NCBI GenBank assembly: GCA_965279515.1
Contig: CBDIID010000003.1
Location: 800,001 to 864,000, forward strand
Direction of reading: 5' to 3'
Origin: Turneriella sp.
GTDB taxonomy: Bacteria; Spirochaetota; Leptospiria; Turneriellales; Turneriellaceae
Length of the DNA: 64,000 nt
In this document: positions 27,739 to 38,515 of the stretch, in pieces
Position numbering within the stretch: the stretch's first letter is position 1
Layout: each line of letters opens with the position of its first letter
Made by a program: the position numbers and the translations under genes
Notes under the pieces: generated by a model
What the model saw: the letters and a program-made list of their open reading frames with translations, nothing else
What the model was told of the DNA's origin: nothing
The model's database searches: none

Positions 27739-29229
27739 ATGCGGCATCTGGAACGGGTCGAATGGATGTCTCGGGTTCTCCTCGTCACAAAAAATCGCAC
27801 GTTAGGTGAATTCTGCCGAAAAAATCTGCCCGAAGGTTACCGGCTCAAGATCGTCACGCAGCTCAACCTGCGTACCGAATCTGCGCACAGCATCATCGTT
27901 TTTGATTCAGACTACCTGACAGGCGTTTCGGATTCCGTGATCCATGCCGCAGCGCAAAAGTTTGGCGCGAAAGAAGGTGCCGCCTCTCTCAATATCCTCA
28001 TGAACGAGGAAAACAAAGCGCGCACTTTTTCGCTGTTTCCCGAAAGCCTGCCGCAGATACAGGCGATCCTCCACTTCCGCAGCGAAGGCGGAAAAATCGC
28101 CGGCCTTGCCGCCTCAGAATGGCGCTGGTTTCTCGACACGCAGAGCCGTTTCCTGAAACAACTGAATGACCAGGCGCTGGCAGTGGGTGAAAATGAACTT
28201 CTCGCCGAACGGCTGGCACGCCTGAACCCTGCGGCACAAAATCAGCTGCAATTCCCTCCTTTCATGCAAGGCAAATCGCAGGCCATCATTCACTTCCGCG
28301 AACAGCTCTACGCCGCTGCATCGCGGCAACCCTACCTCTTTCTCACGGGCAAGGCCGATATACCGACACAGGAGTTTATCGAATACTACTGCTCGCTGCT
28401 GCGCCCTGAAGAACCAGTGCCCTTCCAGCATATTGATCTCGCCAAACTGCCCAAACACCTGCATGCACAGGCTATGCTGACCGCCAAGAAGAAGACAAAG
28501 AGCAATGGCCGGGCAGGCACGAACGTGTTATGCGTCGAAAACCTGCATCTGCTGGGATGGCAAAACCAGGCAACGCTTCTCACCTTACTCAAAAATCCCG
28601 CCGAGACGCGGTTACGTTTTGTTTTTTTAGCGCCGCATGAAATCGGACAACTGGTACGCCGCGGCTCTTTCCGCCAGGAACTCTATTCACTACTGCGCAA
28701 AGCCGCGGTAGAACTGCCGCCGCTCTATGACCGCACCGAAGATTTAAGCCAGATCGCCGCCGAATATATCCAGAAACGCGACTTCTCGTCCCTGAACAGC
28801 GATGTCAGCGCCGTCGCCGGAAAAATCCTCAGCCGTTTCGATCTTTCGAGCGGCTACCGCGGCCTTTTTATGACGATCGATCTGATGAATGACCTCGGCA
28901 AAAGCAAAGGGTTGCCGGTCTTCGAACTGATGAACACCGGGGAAGTATCCGAGGCTTTCGCCGCGGCACGCAGTTTCCTGCGAGAAGAAATCGAACCCGA
29001 CCCGGCAACGCTCTTCGAAAGTCTCGCCGCCGGGGCCAAAGAGACGCTGAGCCTGGACTTTGTTGAAAGCAATTATATCGCCGCGGTTTGCCAGCGCTAC
29101 GCATGGCAGGTGACCGATGCGGCGCGGCACCTCGGTATCTCGCGTAAGACTCTCTACGATAAAATGCGCCGCTATAAGATCGCCCGTCCGGAAAATCAGG
29201 CAAGGGGCAAGGCACGTAAGGCTTCGTGA
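27739..29229 (+). CDS. Fis-HTH transcriptional regulator with a degenerate sigma54-activator-like AAA+ domain
   Basis: GSFRQELYSLL, LPPLYDRTED, AARHLGISRKTLYDKM; no intact Walker A or GAFTGA. Confidence 0.8.
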   Translation: MRHLERVEWMSRVLLVTKNRTLGEFCRKNLPEGYRLKIVTQLNLRTESAHSIIVFDSDYLTGVSDSVIHAAAQKFGAKEGAASLNILMNEENKARTFSLFPESLPQIQAILHFRSEGGKIAGLAASEWRWFLDTQSRFLKQLNDQALAVGENELLAERLARLNPAAQNQLQFPPFMQGKSQAIIHFREQLYAAASRQPYLFLTGKADIPTQEFIEYYCSLLRPEEPVPFQHIDLAKLPKHLHAQAMLTAKKKTKSNGRAGTNVLCVENLHLLGWQNQATLLTLLKNPAETRLRFVFLAPHEIGQLVRRGSFRQELYSLLRKAAVELPPLYDRTEDLSQIAAEYIQKRDFSSLNSDVSAVAGKILSRFDLSSGYRGLFMTIDLMNDLGKSKGLPVFELMNTGEVSEAFAAARSFLREEIEPDPATLFESLAAGAKETLSLDFVESNYIAAVCQRYAWQVTDAARHLGISRKTLYDKMRRYKIARPENQARGKARKAS

Positions 29230-29849
29230 AAAATCCCGGGCTCAGAATCGGCTCCGGGAAGTTTAAACATTCCTCAATCGCCGGCGCCAAAGCGCACAAA
29301 CACCACCAGAACTCCACCACATCGCGCGTTAAAGAAGCGGCTTTCCAGATTATCCGCAACCGCGTCGACACCGACGCCGAATGGATTTTTTACGATCTTT
29401 TTGCAGGTAGCGGGCAAATGGGGATTGAGGCCTTAAGCCTCGGCGCGACGCATGCCACATTTGCGGAGCTCGTGCCCGAGCGCCTCAGTGAAATCCAGCG
29501 CAGCCTGACCGCACTCGACGTACCCAAAGAAAATTTTACCCTCGCACGCGCTCGCGCAAACAAAATCATGCAGGAAGCCTTCGAGCTGCCGGATCTCCCC
29601 TGTGTGATCTGGGCCGACCCGCCCTACAGTTATAATCATACGCCGTCTAACGATCCCGGGATACTGATTGCCCTGTACCGCGCCGCCGCGCGCGAGCGGT
29701 CGCAGAAAATGCCTCTACTGATGATCCAGGTACACGAAAAAAATCCGGTGCTGACGCAGGAATTTCTCGCGGCAAACCCCGATCTTGAAATTTACCGTTA
29801 CGGCTCGAACTGCCTTACGGTGCTTCAGGTGCCACCAGGCTCCACTTAG
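29226..29849 (+). CDS. rsmD: RsmD family 16S rRNA m2G966 methyltransferase
   Basis: RVKEAAF, DLFAGSGQMGIEALS.GA, DPPY, YG. Confidence 0.85.
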   Translation: MKNPGLRIGSGKFKHSSIAGAKAHKHHQNSTTSRVKEAAFQIIRNRVDTDAEWIFYDLFAGSGQMGIEALSLGATHATFAELVPERLSEIQRSLTALDVPKENFTLARARANKIMQEAFELPDLPCVIWADPPYSYNHTPSNDPGILIALYRAAARERSQKMPLLMIQVHEKNPVLTQEFLAANPDLEIYRYGSNCLTVLQVPPGST

Positions 29850-30876
29850 CGACGCTTCCGGCGCGGAAGGGAATCAGTTCGTCTTTGCCGAGCGCGAAGG
29901 CCGCAGGTATGGGCGTGGCAGTTTTTTTCAGTGCAATTTTGCCGCCGTTGACCGGCAGGGAATAAAACGCGGGGCCGAACAACGACATGAAGCCCTCGAA
30001 ACGATCGAGCGCGTTCGCCTCGTCGAAGACCTCGGCATAGAATTCTACGGCACCGAAAGCGGTATAGATTCCTGCGCAGCCGCAGGCATTCTCTTTCGTG
30101 TGCCGGGCATGGGGAGCGCTGTCGGTACCGGCAAAAAATTTCGCATTACCCGAAATCGCCGCCGCGACCAGCGCGAGACGGTGTTTTTCCCGCTTCAAGA
30201 CCGGCAGGCAATAGTGGTGGGGATTTATCCCCCCGGCAAATAGGGCATTCCGGTTGAGGAGTAAGTGGTGTGCCGTTATGGTGGCGGCGACGTGATGATC
30301 CGCCGCCAGGACAAAATCCACGGCCTCAGATGTTGTGATATGTTCGACGACCACCCTGAGCGCCGGGAAACTTTTTATGAGCGGCGCGAGCTCGGTTTCG
30401 AGAAATACCTTTTCCCGGTCAAAGACATCCACCTGCGGCGCGGTCGATTCACCGTGGACCAAGAGTGGCAGGCCGCACGCCTGCATCGCTTCAAACACGC
30501 CATAGAGCGCCTTAAGGCTGCTGACACCCGCTTCGCTGTTGGTGGTAGCTCCCTGCGGATAGAGTTTCACAGCATGGATCAACCCGCTCTCTTTCGCTTC
30601 GCGGATTATCGCGGGAGTCGTGGCCGAAGTCAGGTAAAGCGTCATCAGCGGCTCAAAGGTAGCTCCCCGCGGAATAGCCGCAAGAATACGCGCGCGGTAA
30701 GCCTCTGCGTCGGCGACGGTAACAACCGGCGGTTTAAGATTCGGCATGACGATCGCGCGTGCAAAGCGTTCCGCTGTATGCGGCAGCACGGCGCGCATAG
30801 CCTCACCGTCGCGCAGGTGCAGATGCCAGTCATCGGGCCTCGTGATTGTGATGATGGTTCCGTCCGACGCCGCCAT
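29815..30876 (-). CDS. pyrC: dihydroorotase (homodimeric type)
   Basis: PDDWHLHLRDG, MPNL, KLYPQGATTNS, EHITT, YCLPVLK, GTDSAPH. Confidence 0.97.
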   Translation of the reverse strand: MAASDGTIITITRPDDWHLHLRDGEAMRAVLPHTAERFARAIVMPNLKPPVVTVADAEAYRARILAAIPRGATFEPLMTLYLTSATTPAIIREAKESGLIHAVKLYPQGATTNSEAGVSSLKALYGVFEAMQACGLPLLVHGESTAPQVDVFDREKVFLETELAPLIKSFPALRVVVEHITTSEAVDFVLAADHHVAATITAHHLLLNRNALFAGGINPHHYCLPVLKREKHRLALVAAAISGNAKFFAGTDSAPHARHTKENACGCAGIYTAFGAVEFYAEVFDEANALDRFEGFMSLFGPAFYSLPVNGGKIALKKTATPIPAAFALGKDELIPFRAGSVAKWSLVAPEAP

Positions 30877-30969
30877 GGGTATTGCAGGCTTTGTTTATGC
30901 CCGGCGGCGTAAATCCCTATGGGGCTTTGTTCTCCTTTACCCCCTGACTTTAGATACGGAAGGTTCCAT

Positions 30970-31752
30970 ATGCACTTCAAACTTTCCGACATCGGGTCGG
31001 CTAAAAAAGTCGCGCGGATCGTGGACATCCAGACCAATGAACAGAACTCACTGACGCGCGCCACGCTGCTCGAGCTCAAGGCGATTCTCGACGAAACGCA
31101 GGCCGACGAGAAATACTCCGCGCTGGTCTTTACCTCGACCAACCCGAAATTCTTTTCTAACGGCCTCGACGCTGCCAATGTCGGCAAAACGCCCGATGAT
31201 AAGCTCGCCGAAGAGGTCGGTGAAATTGTGCTGTTCTTCGGCCACCTGCTGAAATTCGACAAACCCGTGATTACGGAAGTTACCGGCTATGCAATGGGCG
31301 GCGGCGCGGTGATTACGGTCGCGAGCGACTATAAATACATGCTCGATGGTAAAGGCCGCATCTCGTTCAGCGAGGTGCTTGTCGGCCTGCCCCTGCCCGG
31401 CACCTTCATTGACAAAATCGTACGCACGATTTATCCACCGTATATTCACGGCATGTGCGCCGGTGAAAATTATAAGGCGGCTGAGGCGAAAGCAATAGGC
31501 CTCATCGACGAAATCGCCCCCGATCTCGAAAGTTTACGCAAGCTTACCGTGAAGAAACTGGACTACCTCAACCGGATTCCACTCTCTGCCCTGCAACGCA
31601 CGAAACAAGGCATCAATGCGCCGATTCTGGAGCGCGCCGATGTGGCACTCAAACACACCTATGAATCGTTCACGACGCCGATTGTGGTGAAAAACTTCCG
31701 TGAGGCGATGGCAGCACTTGCCGAAAAGCGCCGGCCGCAGTATTTTGACTGA
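30970..31752 (+). CDS. enoyl-CoA hydratase/isomerase family protein
   Basis: FFSNGLD, GYAMGGG, SEVLVGL, AKAIGLIDEI. Confidence 0.9.
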   Translation: MHFKLSDIGSAKKVARIVDIQTNEQNSLTRATLLELKAILDETQADEKYSALVFTSTNPKFFSNGLDAANVGKTPDDKLAEEVGEIVLFFGHLLKFDKPVITEVTGYAMGGGAVITVASDYKYMLDGKGRISFSEVLVGLPLPGTFIDKIVRTIYPPYIHGMCAGENYKAAEAKAIGLIDEIAPDLESLRKLTVKKLDYLNRIPLSALQRTKQGINAPILERADVALKHTYESFTTPIVVKNFREAMAALAEKRRPQYFD

Positions 31753-31753
31753 A

Positions 31754-33121
31754 ATGCTGTCGACATGGAAGCCAGCGGAAATCGTCCGCCACTTAGACCA
31801 ATTCATCATCGGCCAGGGTGATGCCAAAAAGGCGGTCTCGATCGCGCTACGCAATCGCGAACGCCGCCTCGCACTCGGGGAACATCCCCTGCGCGAAGAA
31901 ATCCATCCTAAAAACATCATCATGATCGGCCCCACAGGTGTGGGCAAGACTGAAATCGCCCGCCGCCTGGCCAAAATGGCAAATGCGCCCTTTATCAAGG
32001 TTGAGGCGACCAAATACACCGAAGTCGGTTATGTCGGCCGCGACGTCGAGAGCATGATCCGCGACCTGCTGATGACTGCGATCAAGATCGTGCGCGCCGA
32101 ATACGAAGAGACGGCAAAACCCGAAGCCGAAAAACGCACCGAAGAACGTTTGCTGGATTTATTGCTTTCAGGCAAATCGGACACGACGACGACGGCGGCT
32201 CCCGAAGGCGCTGTGCAGACGGCTGACGAAGATGAAAAAATTGCGCGCGATATTTTCCGCAAAAAACTGCGCGCAGGTCAGCTAGAGGACCGCGAGGTCG
32301 AACTCAAGATGCCGCAGCAGGCAGGGCCCCAGGTTGCCGTGCAGATGATGGCTATCCCCGGCATGGAAGAGATCGAAAACCAGATGCAGAACATGCTCGG
32401 CGATATATTCCCCAAGAAAAAGGAACGCAAAAAGGTAACGATTGCCCAGGCACGCAAGGCGCTCTACCAGGAAGAACTCGATGCCCTGATCGACTTCGAG
32501 AAAATCAAAGAAGAAGCAATTAACCGCACCGAAAATACCGGTATAGTGTTCATCGACGAGATCGACAAGATCGCCAGCCGCGGCAGCAAGGGCTCACCCG
32601 ATGTCTCACGCGAGGGTGTGCAGCGCGATATTCTGCCCCTTGTCGAAGGCTCGACGGTGAATACCCGCCACGGCTCGGTTAAAACCGATCATATTCTCTT
32701 CATCGCCGCAGGCGCATTCCATATCGCCTCAGTGACCGATCTCATTCCCGAGCTACAGGGCCGCTTTCCGATTCGGGTTGAACTGAAACCCCTTTTAAAA
32801 GAAGACTATGTCAGCATCCTGAAAACCCCGAAAAATGCCCTGGCAAAACAATACCAGGCCCTGCTTTCAACCGAAAACGTCAATATTGTGTTCGAGAGCT
32901 CGGGGTATGACGCCATCGCCGAAATCGCCTATGAAATGAACTCGCGCAACGAGAACATCGGCGCGCGTCGCCTGCATACAATCCTGGAAAAACTGTTTGA
33001 GCGGCTGTCGTTTGAACCCGAAAATTTCAGTAAGGACGACGTAGTCGTCAATCGCGCTTTTGTTGAGAAAGAATTATCGGAAATCGTAAAAAACCAGGAT
33101 CTATCCAAGTTTATCCTGTAA
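31754..33121 (+). CDS. hslU: ATP-dependent protease ATPase subunit HslU
   Basis: IIGQ.DAKKAV, GPTGVGKTEIARRLA, GYVGRDVESM, SREGVQRD, ENIGARRLHT, DLSKFIL. Confidence 0.98.
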   Translation: MLSTWKPAEIVRHLDQFIIGQGDAKKAVSIALRNRERRLALGEHPLREEIHPKNIIMIGPTGVGKTEIARRLAKMANAPFIKVEATKYTEVGYVGRDVESMIRDLLMTAIKIVRAEYEETAKPEAEKRTEERLLDLLLSGKSDTTTTAAPEGAVQTADEDEKIARDIFRKKLRAGQLEDREVELKMPQQAGPQVAVQMMAIPGMEEIENQMQNMLGDIFPKKKERKKVTIAQARKALYQEELDALIDFEKIKEEAINRTENTGIVFIDEIDKIASRGSKGSPDVSREGVQRDILPLVEGSTVNTRHGSVKTDHILFIAAGAFHIASVTDLIPELQGRFPIRVELKPLLKEDYVSILKTPKNALAKQYQALLSTENVNIVFESSGYDAIAEIAYEMNSRNENIGARRLHTILEKLFERLSFEPENFSKDDVVVNRAFVEKELSEIVKNQDLSKFIL

Positions 33122-36003
33122 TGCGACCGTTTTCGCGTCTCGTTGCAGCCATTTTCTGCGCCTTCGCTTTAATCGCTGCGCCCGCGGTTTTTGCCGACAG
33201 CTTTGAGGCCGAGCAGAACTTCCGCTCGGCGATGACGGCGTTTAAAGAGAAGAACTTCTACTCGGCGCGGCTGCTCTTGCAGGAAATCGTGCTCAAAGAC
33301 GCGCGCGGCGAATACGGTGATGATGCGCAATACTATCTCGCCATGTCGTATTTTTACGAAGGCGACTATAAGACCGCACAGTTTGAATTCCGCGCGTTGA
33401 TGCGCGATTATCCCGAATCTCCCTTTGTCGTACGCGCTGCGTTCTGGAACGGCGAGGCGTGGTTTTACCGTAAACAATACCGCGAGGCCCTCGAGACCCA
33501 TGCGGCATTCGTGCGTAAGTACCGCGAGAATATTCTCGCCGCTTCGGCTCTCTATACCACCGGCTATATCTACAACGAACAAAAGCGTTATGACGAGGCC
33601 GTTGAAACCCTGACACGCGCGCTTAAAGATTATCCGCAATCGACAGCCGCACCGGCACTGACCCTGCAGCTGGGTATCGCCAACTTCAACGCCCAGGAAT
33701 ATCCCAAGGCGCGGCGCGTCTTTGAGACGCTGATGGTCAAATATGTACAGGCGGATAACCTCGACCAGGCACGCTTCTGGCTGGGTAAAAGCTATTATGC
33801 CGAAAACAAGTTCCCCGAAGCGCTGCGTGAATTTGCCACAGTCGTCAAAGACCACGGCGCTTCGGCAACAGCGAGCGAGGCGCTCTATCTTTCGGCACTC
33901 TGCAAATATAAATCGGGAGCCATCGACGAGGCGCTGATCTTTCTCGACCAGGCGGCTAAAAATTATCCGCAGAGCCCGATCTATGCCTTCGCGCGCCTGA
34001 GGGAAGGCCAGCTGCTCTATGAAAAAAAAGAGCTCGCCGCGGCACTCCCTCCGCTCCTCGACATCGTCAATAATCACCAGGGCCATGAAACCTTCCCACC
34101 GGCGCTCGAGCTCATGGCGGAGATCCGCCGCAAGCAAGGCAAAACCGACGAGGCACTTGCCACCTTCGAGGCCCTGCGCAATGAAAAATCGCTGAAAGGC
34201 AAACCCCGCCGCGAAATGCTGCGGCATTACGGGGACCTGCTCTACCAGGAAAACCGCCACGCCAAGGCGATCGAGGTTTTGTCTGAACTCACCGACGAAT
34301 TCGGCGGCGACCCCGATGGTGCAACCTACTACCTGCTGCTGGCGCGCGCGCAGTACCGCGAAGGTAAGTATGAATCGGCGCAAAAGAATCTTGCAACGCT
34401 CGAAAAAAATTTCGACGATGTTGCCACAAAAGCGGAAGCTCTCTTTCTCAAGGCCGAAATTTCCTACGGCCTCGGCAAATTCACCGAGGCACTGCAGCTC
34501 TATGCGCGCCTCGTCAAAAAATATCCCGGGCATGCGAAAGTATTCGAAGCCGAGATGGGTATTGGCTGGATTTATTTCGAGCTCAAACAGTATGCGCGCG
34601 CCGGAGATACCTTCCGTAAAATCCTGAAAACCTATAAAAAGCCGGTACAACAGGCGAAAGCGCTGATCGCCTTAGGTGCCTGCCAGTATAACCTGCGCGA
34701 CCTTGAAGGCGCGCTCGCCAGCTATAAAAAGGTTATCTCGAAATACGCCGGCGCAAAGACTGAGGCCGCCGAGGCACAGTACCAGATCGCCTGGTTACGC
34801 TTCCGGCGCAATAACTACGAAGAAGCCGGAAAGGATTTTGATACCTATCTGGGGTCTGGCGATGCCGCAACCCGCGTAGCGGAAGCCACGTACTTCAGTG
34901 CACTCTGCCAGTACCAGCTCTCAGAGTACGCTCCAGCAGCCGAAAAATTCCGCGCTGTTTATGCGCGCGGCGATGCGCCGCTCTGGCTCAAGGAAAAATC
35001 CCTGGCCGACCTGGCGCGCACCGAGGCGGCCCTGAAAAACCACAGCGCTGCGCGGCGCGAATATCTGCAGCTGATCAAAGAATTCCCCGAGACGCAGAAC
35101 CGCGACGAGATGGAGTTTCAGCTGGTATCGCTGTCGCTGAAACTGAACGATGAAGCAACGGCACTCGAATGGGCTGGCTCACTCAAAAAACGCAACAAAT
35201 CCTCTACCTGGTATGCCGAGAGCCTCAGGGAACTGGCCGATTTTTACCGCAAAAAGAAGAATTATGCCGCGGCAGAAAAAGCACTGATTGATCTTGAAGC
35301 TGCGCAGAAGAAACCCGCCGAGAAGCTGGAGGTTCTGGTCAGCCGCGCGCAGATATTTGCCGACCAGGGGAAAACCCAGGCAGCAGCGGACCTCTTGCAG
35401 AAGGTACTGCAGAACGAAGAGGTCTCTGAATCCACCGCAATCAAGGCCGCCACCCTGCTCTTCCAGATTTTCGAAAAGGGTAGTAAGTATGCGGAAGCCG
35501 AGACGCAGGCTGCCCGCCTCTCTGAGCGCTTTGCCGACAATAACCGCCTCAGCGAAGAGATGCTCATCAGCCAGGCACGCTTCCAGCAGCTGCAGAAAAA
35601 ATACCGCGACAGCCGGGAGATCCTCACCGTGCTGGTGAAAAGCCGCAACGCCGGGCAACGCGCCCGTTACATGATCGCCGAATCTTACCGGGCCGAGGGC
35701 GATCAGACGCGAGCCCTCGATTACTACCGCCAGATTTCACAAAAGCAGGATGAATCGACCTATCTCAAAGCGCGCTTCCATATCGGCGAGATTCTCTATG
35801 CGAAGAAAGAATACGAAGAAGCGGCGCGCGAATTCAGCCGCATCGCCTACGCCGAGACGCGCGACGATGCGGTCTATGAAAAGGCACTCTACCGGGCGGC
35901 GCTGTCGTTCAGGCAGATTAAAAAAGACAAGGAATTTGAGACATTCAGGGCAAAACTGAAAGAGGCGTTTCCCCAAAGCGCCTACCTGAAAGAACTGCAA
36001 TAA
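33121..36003 (+). CDS. large exported tetratricopeptide-repeat protein (BamD/CpoB-type repeats)
   Basis: Signal peptide; many YP.S...A...G TPR units. Confidence 0.9.
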   Translation: MRPFSRLVAAIFCAFALIAAPAVFADSFEAEQNFRSAMTAFKEKNFYSARLLLQEIVLKDARGEYGDDAQYYLAMSYFYEGDYKTAQFEFRALMRDYPESPFVVRAAFWNGEAWFYRKQYREALETHAAFVRKYRENILAASALYTTGYIYNEQKRYDEAVETLTRALKDYPQSTAAPALTLQLGIANFNAQEYPKARRVFETLMVKYVQADNLDQARFWLGKSYYAENKFPEALREFATVVKDHGASATASEALYLSALCKYKSGAIDEALIFLDQAAKNYPQSPIYAFARLREGQLLYEKKELAAALPPLLDIVNNHQGHETFPPALELMAEIRRKQGKTDEALATFEALRNEKSLKGKPRREMLRHYGDLLYQENRHAKAIEVLSELTDEFGGDPDGATYYLLLARAQYREGKYESAQKNLATLEKNFDDVATKAEALFLKAEISYGLGKFTEALQLYARLVKKYPGHAKVFEAEMGIGWIYFELKQYARAGDTFRKILKTYKKPVQQAKALIALGACQYNLRDLEGALASYKKVISKYAGAKTEAAEAQYQIAWLRFRRNNYEEAGKDFDTYLGSGDAATRVAEATYFSALCQYQLSEYAPAAEKFRAVYARGDAPLWLKEKSLADLARTEAALKNHSAARREYLQLIKEFPETQNRDEMEFQLVSLSLKLNDEATALEWAGSLKKRNKSSTWYAESLRELADFYRKKKNYAAAEKALIDLEAAQKKPAEKLEVLVSRAQIFADQGKTQAAADLLQKVLQNEEVSESTAIKAATLLFQIFEKGSKYAEAETQAARLSERFADNNRLSEEMLISQARFQQLQKKYRDSREILTVLVKSRNAGQRARYMIAESYRAEGDQTRALDYYRQISQKQDESTYLKARFHIGEILYAKKEYEEAAREFSRIAYAETRDDAVYEKALYRAALSFRQIKKDKEFETFRAKLKEAFPQSAYLKELQ

Positions 36004-36012
36004 CGGAGTAAA

Positions 36013-36741
36013 ATGCGTATATTGATATCGAACGACGACGGCCTGTCATTTCCCGGGCTCACACGGCTCAGGGAAAAACTCGATGAATTCGGTGAGACCT
36101 GGGTCTTTGCACCCGCCGAGGAAAAGAGTGCCACCGGCCAGGCCCTGACCATCTACCGCGATATCCGCGTGCTGAAGCTCGACGAGCACACCTACGAGGT
36201 GGATGGCTTCCCGTGCGACTGCGTCAATGTCGCCCTGCATTCGGGTTTCGCTCCCCCCTTCGACTTCTGCGTCACCGGCATCAATAAGGGCGTCAATATG
36301 GGCCAGGACATCTGGTATTCAGGCACCGTCGGTGCCGCCCGCCATGCCTTCATCCACAATGTACCGTCTTTTGCGGTCTCTTGTGGTTACCTCGATGCCG
36401 CGGGCGATTTCAGCAAGGTCGCAGAGATCTTTGGCGAAGTCTTCGCACGTTTCAGCTCTGACGCGGACCAGAACTTTCTCCTCAATGTGAACATCCCCAT
36501 GACTGCCAGGGATGCAAGCGACATAAAATGGGCTAAATTGGGAAGGCGAATCTACCGAGATAATTATAAGCGGGAAACCCAGGCCGACGGCAGCATGCTG
36601 CTCAATCTTGGGGGTTCGGTATTAAGCCACGGGGGTGAAGCGGATACGGATTTTCACTGGTACGACAAGGGTTGTACCGTAATCACTCCGCTGACCATAG
36701 ATGCAACAGACCACAAAAAACTTAAAAAGCACAGCGCCTAA
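36013..36741 (+). CDS. surE: 5'/3'-nucleotidase SurE
   Basis: ILISNDDG, GFPCDCV, GINKGVNMG, YSGTVGAA, LNVNIP. Confidence 0.96.
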   Translation: MRILISNDDGLSFPGLTRLREKLDEFGETWVFAPAEEKSATGQALTIYRDIRVLKLDEHTYEVDGFPCDCVNVALHSGFAPPFDFCVTGINKGVNMGQDIWYSGTVGAARHAFIHNVPSFAVSCGYLDAAGDFSKVAEIFGEVFARFSSDADQNFLLNVNIPMTARDASDIKWAKLGRRIYRDNYKRETQADGSMLLNLGGSVLSHGGEADTDFHWYDKGCTVITPLTIDATDHKKLKKHSA

Positions 36742-36766
36742 AAAGACTATATCCATTGGGGAATAC

Positions 36767-37501
36767 ATGAGCCTGGACAACAAAAACCCGCTCATCAAAA
36801 AACAGCTGATGAATCCTCAGGAGCTCTCCCTTGGACAGGTCGAAGAACTCTCGCGCATCAAGCTCGAAGCCAAACGTGCCTACCGCCGCAAGGATTTTGT
36901 GCAGGCCCTCGCCCGCTTTGAAGACGCCGCTTCGATTATTCCCGGCGACCTTGAGTTTTCATACTACCAGGCGCTCTGCCTCTTCCAGCTGCACCAGTGG
37001 GACAAGGCGGAGGAATTATTCCGGAAAATCATGGAACTCGACGAACTGCGCCTTTTGCCCGACGTACGCAAAATGCTGTCGCTGACGCTGCTCAAGCGCC
37101 GTAAGTATGTTGAGGCAGAGGCCGTCTTAACCGAGGCATCGCGCGACCGCAAGGGCGATATGCAGCTCTTAAACATGCTCGGCTTTGCCCTCGAAAAACA
37201 GAATAAGCTGATCGAGGCCGAACGCGTGCTGGCCCGTCTCATTGAAAACGATCCAGACAATACCAATGGGATGAACTCGCTTGCCTTTGTCTATTGCCGT
37301 CTCGAAAAAAACTACAGCGAAGCGCTGAACCTGATTAAAAAAGCGCTGACTAAAGAACCCAAAAATCCTTCGTATCTCGATACGCTCGGCATGCTCTATG
37401 CCAACCGCGGCAACACGGCGGCTGCCAAAAAGACGCTCAAAAAGGCGCTGGAACTTGCACCGGGTCACCCGGAAATTATTTCACACCTTTCGAGAATTTA
37501 A
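36767..37501 (+). CDS. tetratricopeptide repeat protein
   Basis: TPR units, e.g. EPKNPSYLDTLG, ALELAPGH. Confidence 0.88.
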   Translation: MSLDNKNPLIKKQLMNPQELSLGQVEELSRIKLEAKRAYRRKDFVQALARFEDAASIIPGDLEFSYYQALCLFQLHQWDKAEELFRKIMELDELRLLPDVRKMLSLTLLKRRKYVEAEAVLTEASRDRKGDMQLLNMLGFALEKQNKLIEAERVLARLIENDPDNTNGMNSLAFVYCRLEKNYSEALNLIKKALTKEPKNPSYLDTLGMLYANRGNTAAAKKTLKKALELAPGHPEIISHLSRI

Positions 37502-38358
37502 GACTGAACGGCGAAACTGCTTTCGCCGACATACCAATGGATTTTCCGCTGCTGACTGAAGATCAGCGATGGGGAAAGCCCGAAAGTTTCACGGAAGGTA
37601 TTGGTAAAATGCGCCGAGTCGTAAAAGCCGGCGCGGAGTGCCGCATCCGTCAGGGTCATTCCGTCTTTTAGAAATAACACCGCATTTTTTAAACGATACC
37701 AGGTACGAAACATACGTATCGGCACCCCCACCTGTTCCTTAAAGAGATGAGCCAGCCGCGAAGGCGAAATATCCACTTCAGCCGCGAGATTTTCAATCGG
37801 AATGCTCTCTCCGGGTTCTGAGATCAGCCGGCGCATCACGAGCTGAATGCGTTCATCGTCTGCCGCCGGCGAGCGCGGATGCGGCGCGAGTTCGAGATCC
37901 GAAAGTCGGGCGCATAACGAGGGGTCATCCGCACAGGCAGAAATGGCTTCAAAAACAGAGCGCAGTTGCTGCTCTTCTTTGAGCGCTACAAGAATGCCGG
38001 TCATGCCCTCGCCCGCATTCGAGGTAGTCAGAAAATCAAAATCAGGATTGTCAGGGTCGAAGAACAGAAAAGCACAGCGCGCACCACGCGGTTTCAACGC
38101 ATGGTAAATCTGCGGACCGATGAGTGCGCTGCCACACTCAACGCTGGCGCCGCCTTCGCGCGTGAGCTCAAAAGGACCATCGATGCCGACGCAGACGAGA
38201 GCCGCGGCCTGCTGATGGAAATCCAGGTCGGGCACAGTCCCTAAAAAAAGCGCGCGGCCATTCCACAGACAAAGCTTTTCACCGGAAGGCGCCACCGGAA
38301 GAGCATCGGGTGGTAGAGCCGCACGTAAAGCCGTTTTTTCCGCAAAGCTGTGCAGCAC
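37498..38358 (-). CDS. AraC family transcriptional regulator
   Basis: SPSRLAHLFKEQVG, AGFYDSAHFTNTFRETFGLSPS. Confidence 0.93.
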   Translation of the reverse strand: MLHSFAEKTALRAALPPDALPVAPSGEKLCLWNGRALFLGTVPDLDFHQQAAALVCVGIDGPFELTREGGASVECGSALIGPQIYHALKPRGARCAFLFFDPDNPDFDFLTTSNAGEGMTGILVALKEEQQLRSVFEAISACADDPSLCARLSDLELAPHPRSPAADDERIQLVMRRLISEPGESIPIENLAAEVDISPSRLAHLFKEQVGVPIRMFRTWYRLKNAVLFLKDGMTLTDAALRAGFYDSAHFTNTFRETFGLSPSLIFSQQRKIHWYVGESSFAVQS

Positions 38359-38515
38359 AGCGAACTACCTTTGTAAAAACCTGCTATGGATTATTTTTGT
38401 ATTTTTTATCCGGATTAGCATCTTTTTCCAAGCCGCTACCCTAAGCGATGGCTATTATGCAGCAATGAAACTGCAAAAAACCTTGCCGCCGTCGGGTGGA
38501 ATAACAGGGGAGCAT

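Noticed and set aside
33169..34650. 493-aa minus-strand ORF
   Set aside because: Antisense shadow of the TPR gene.
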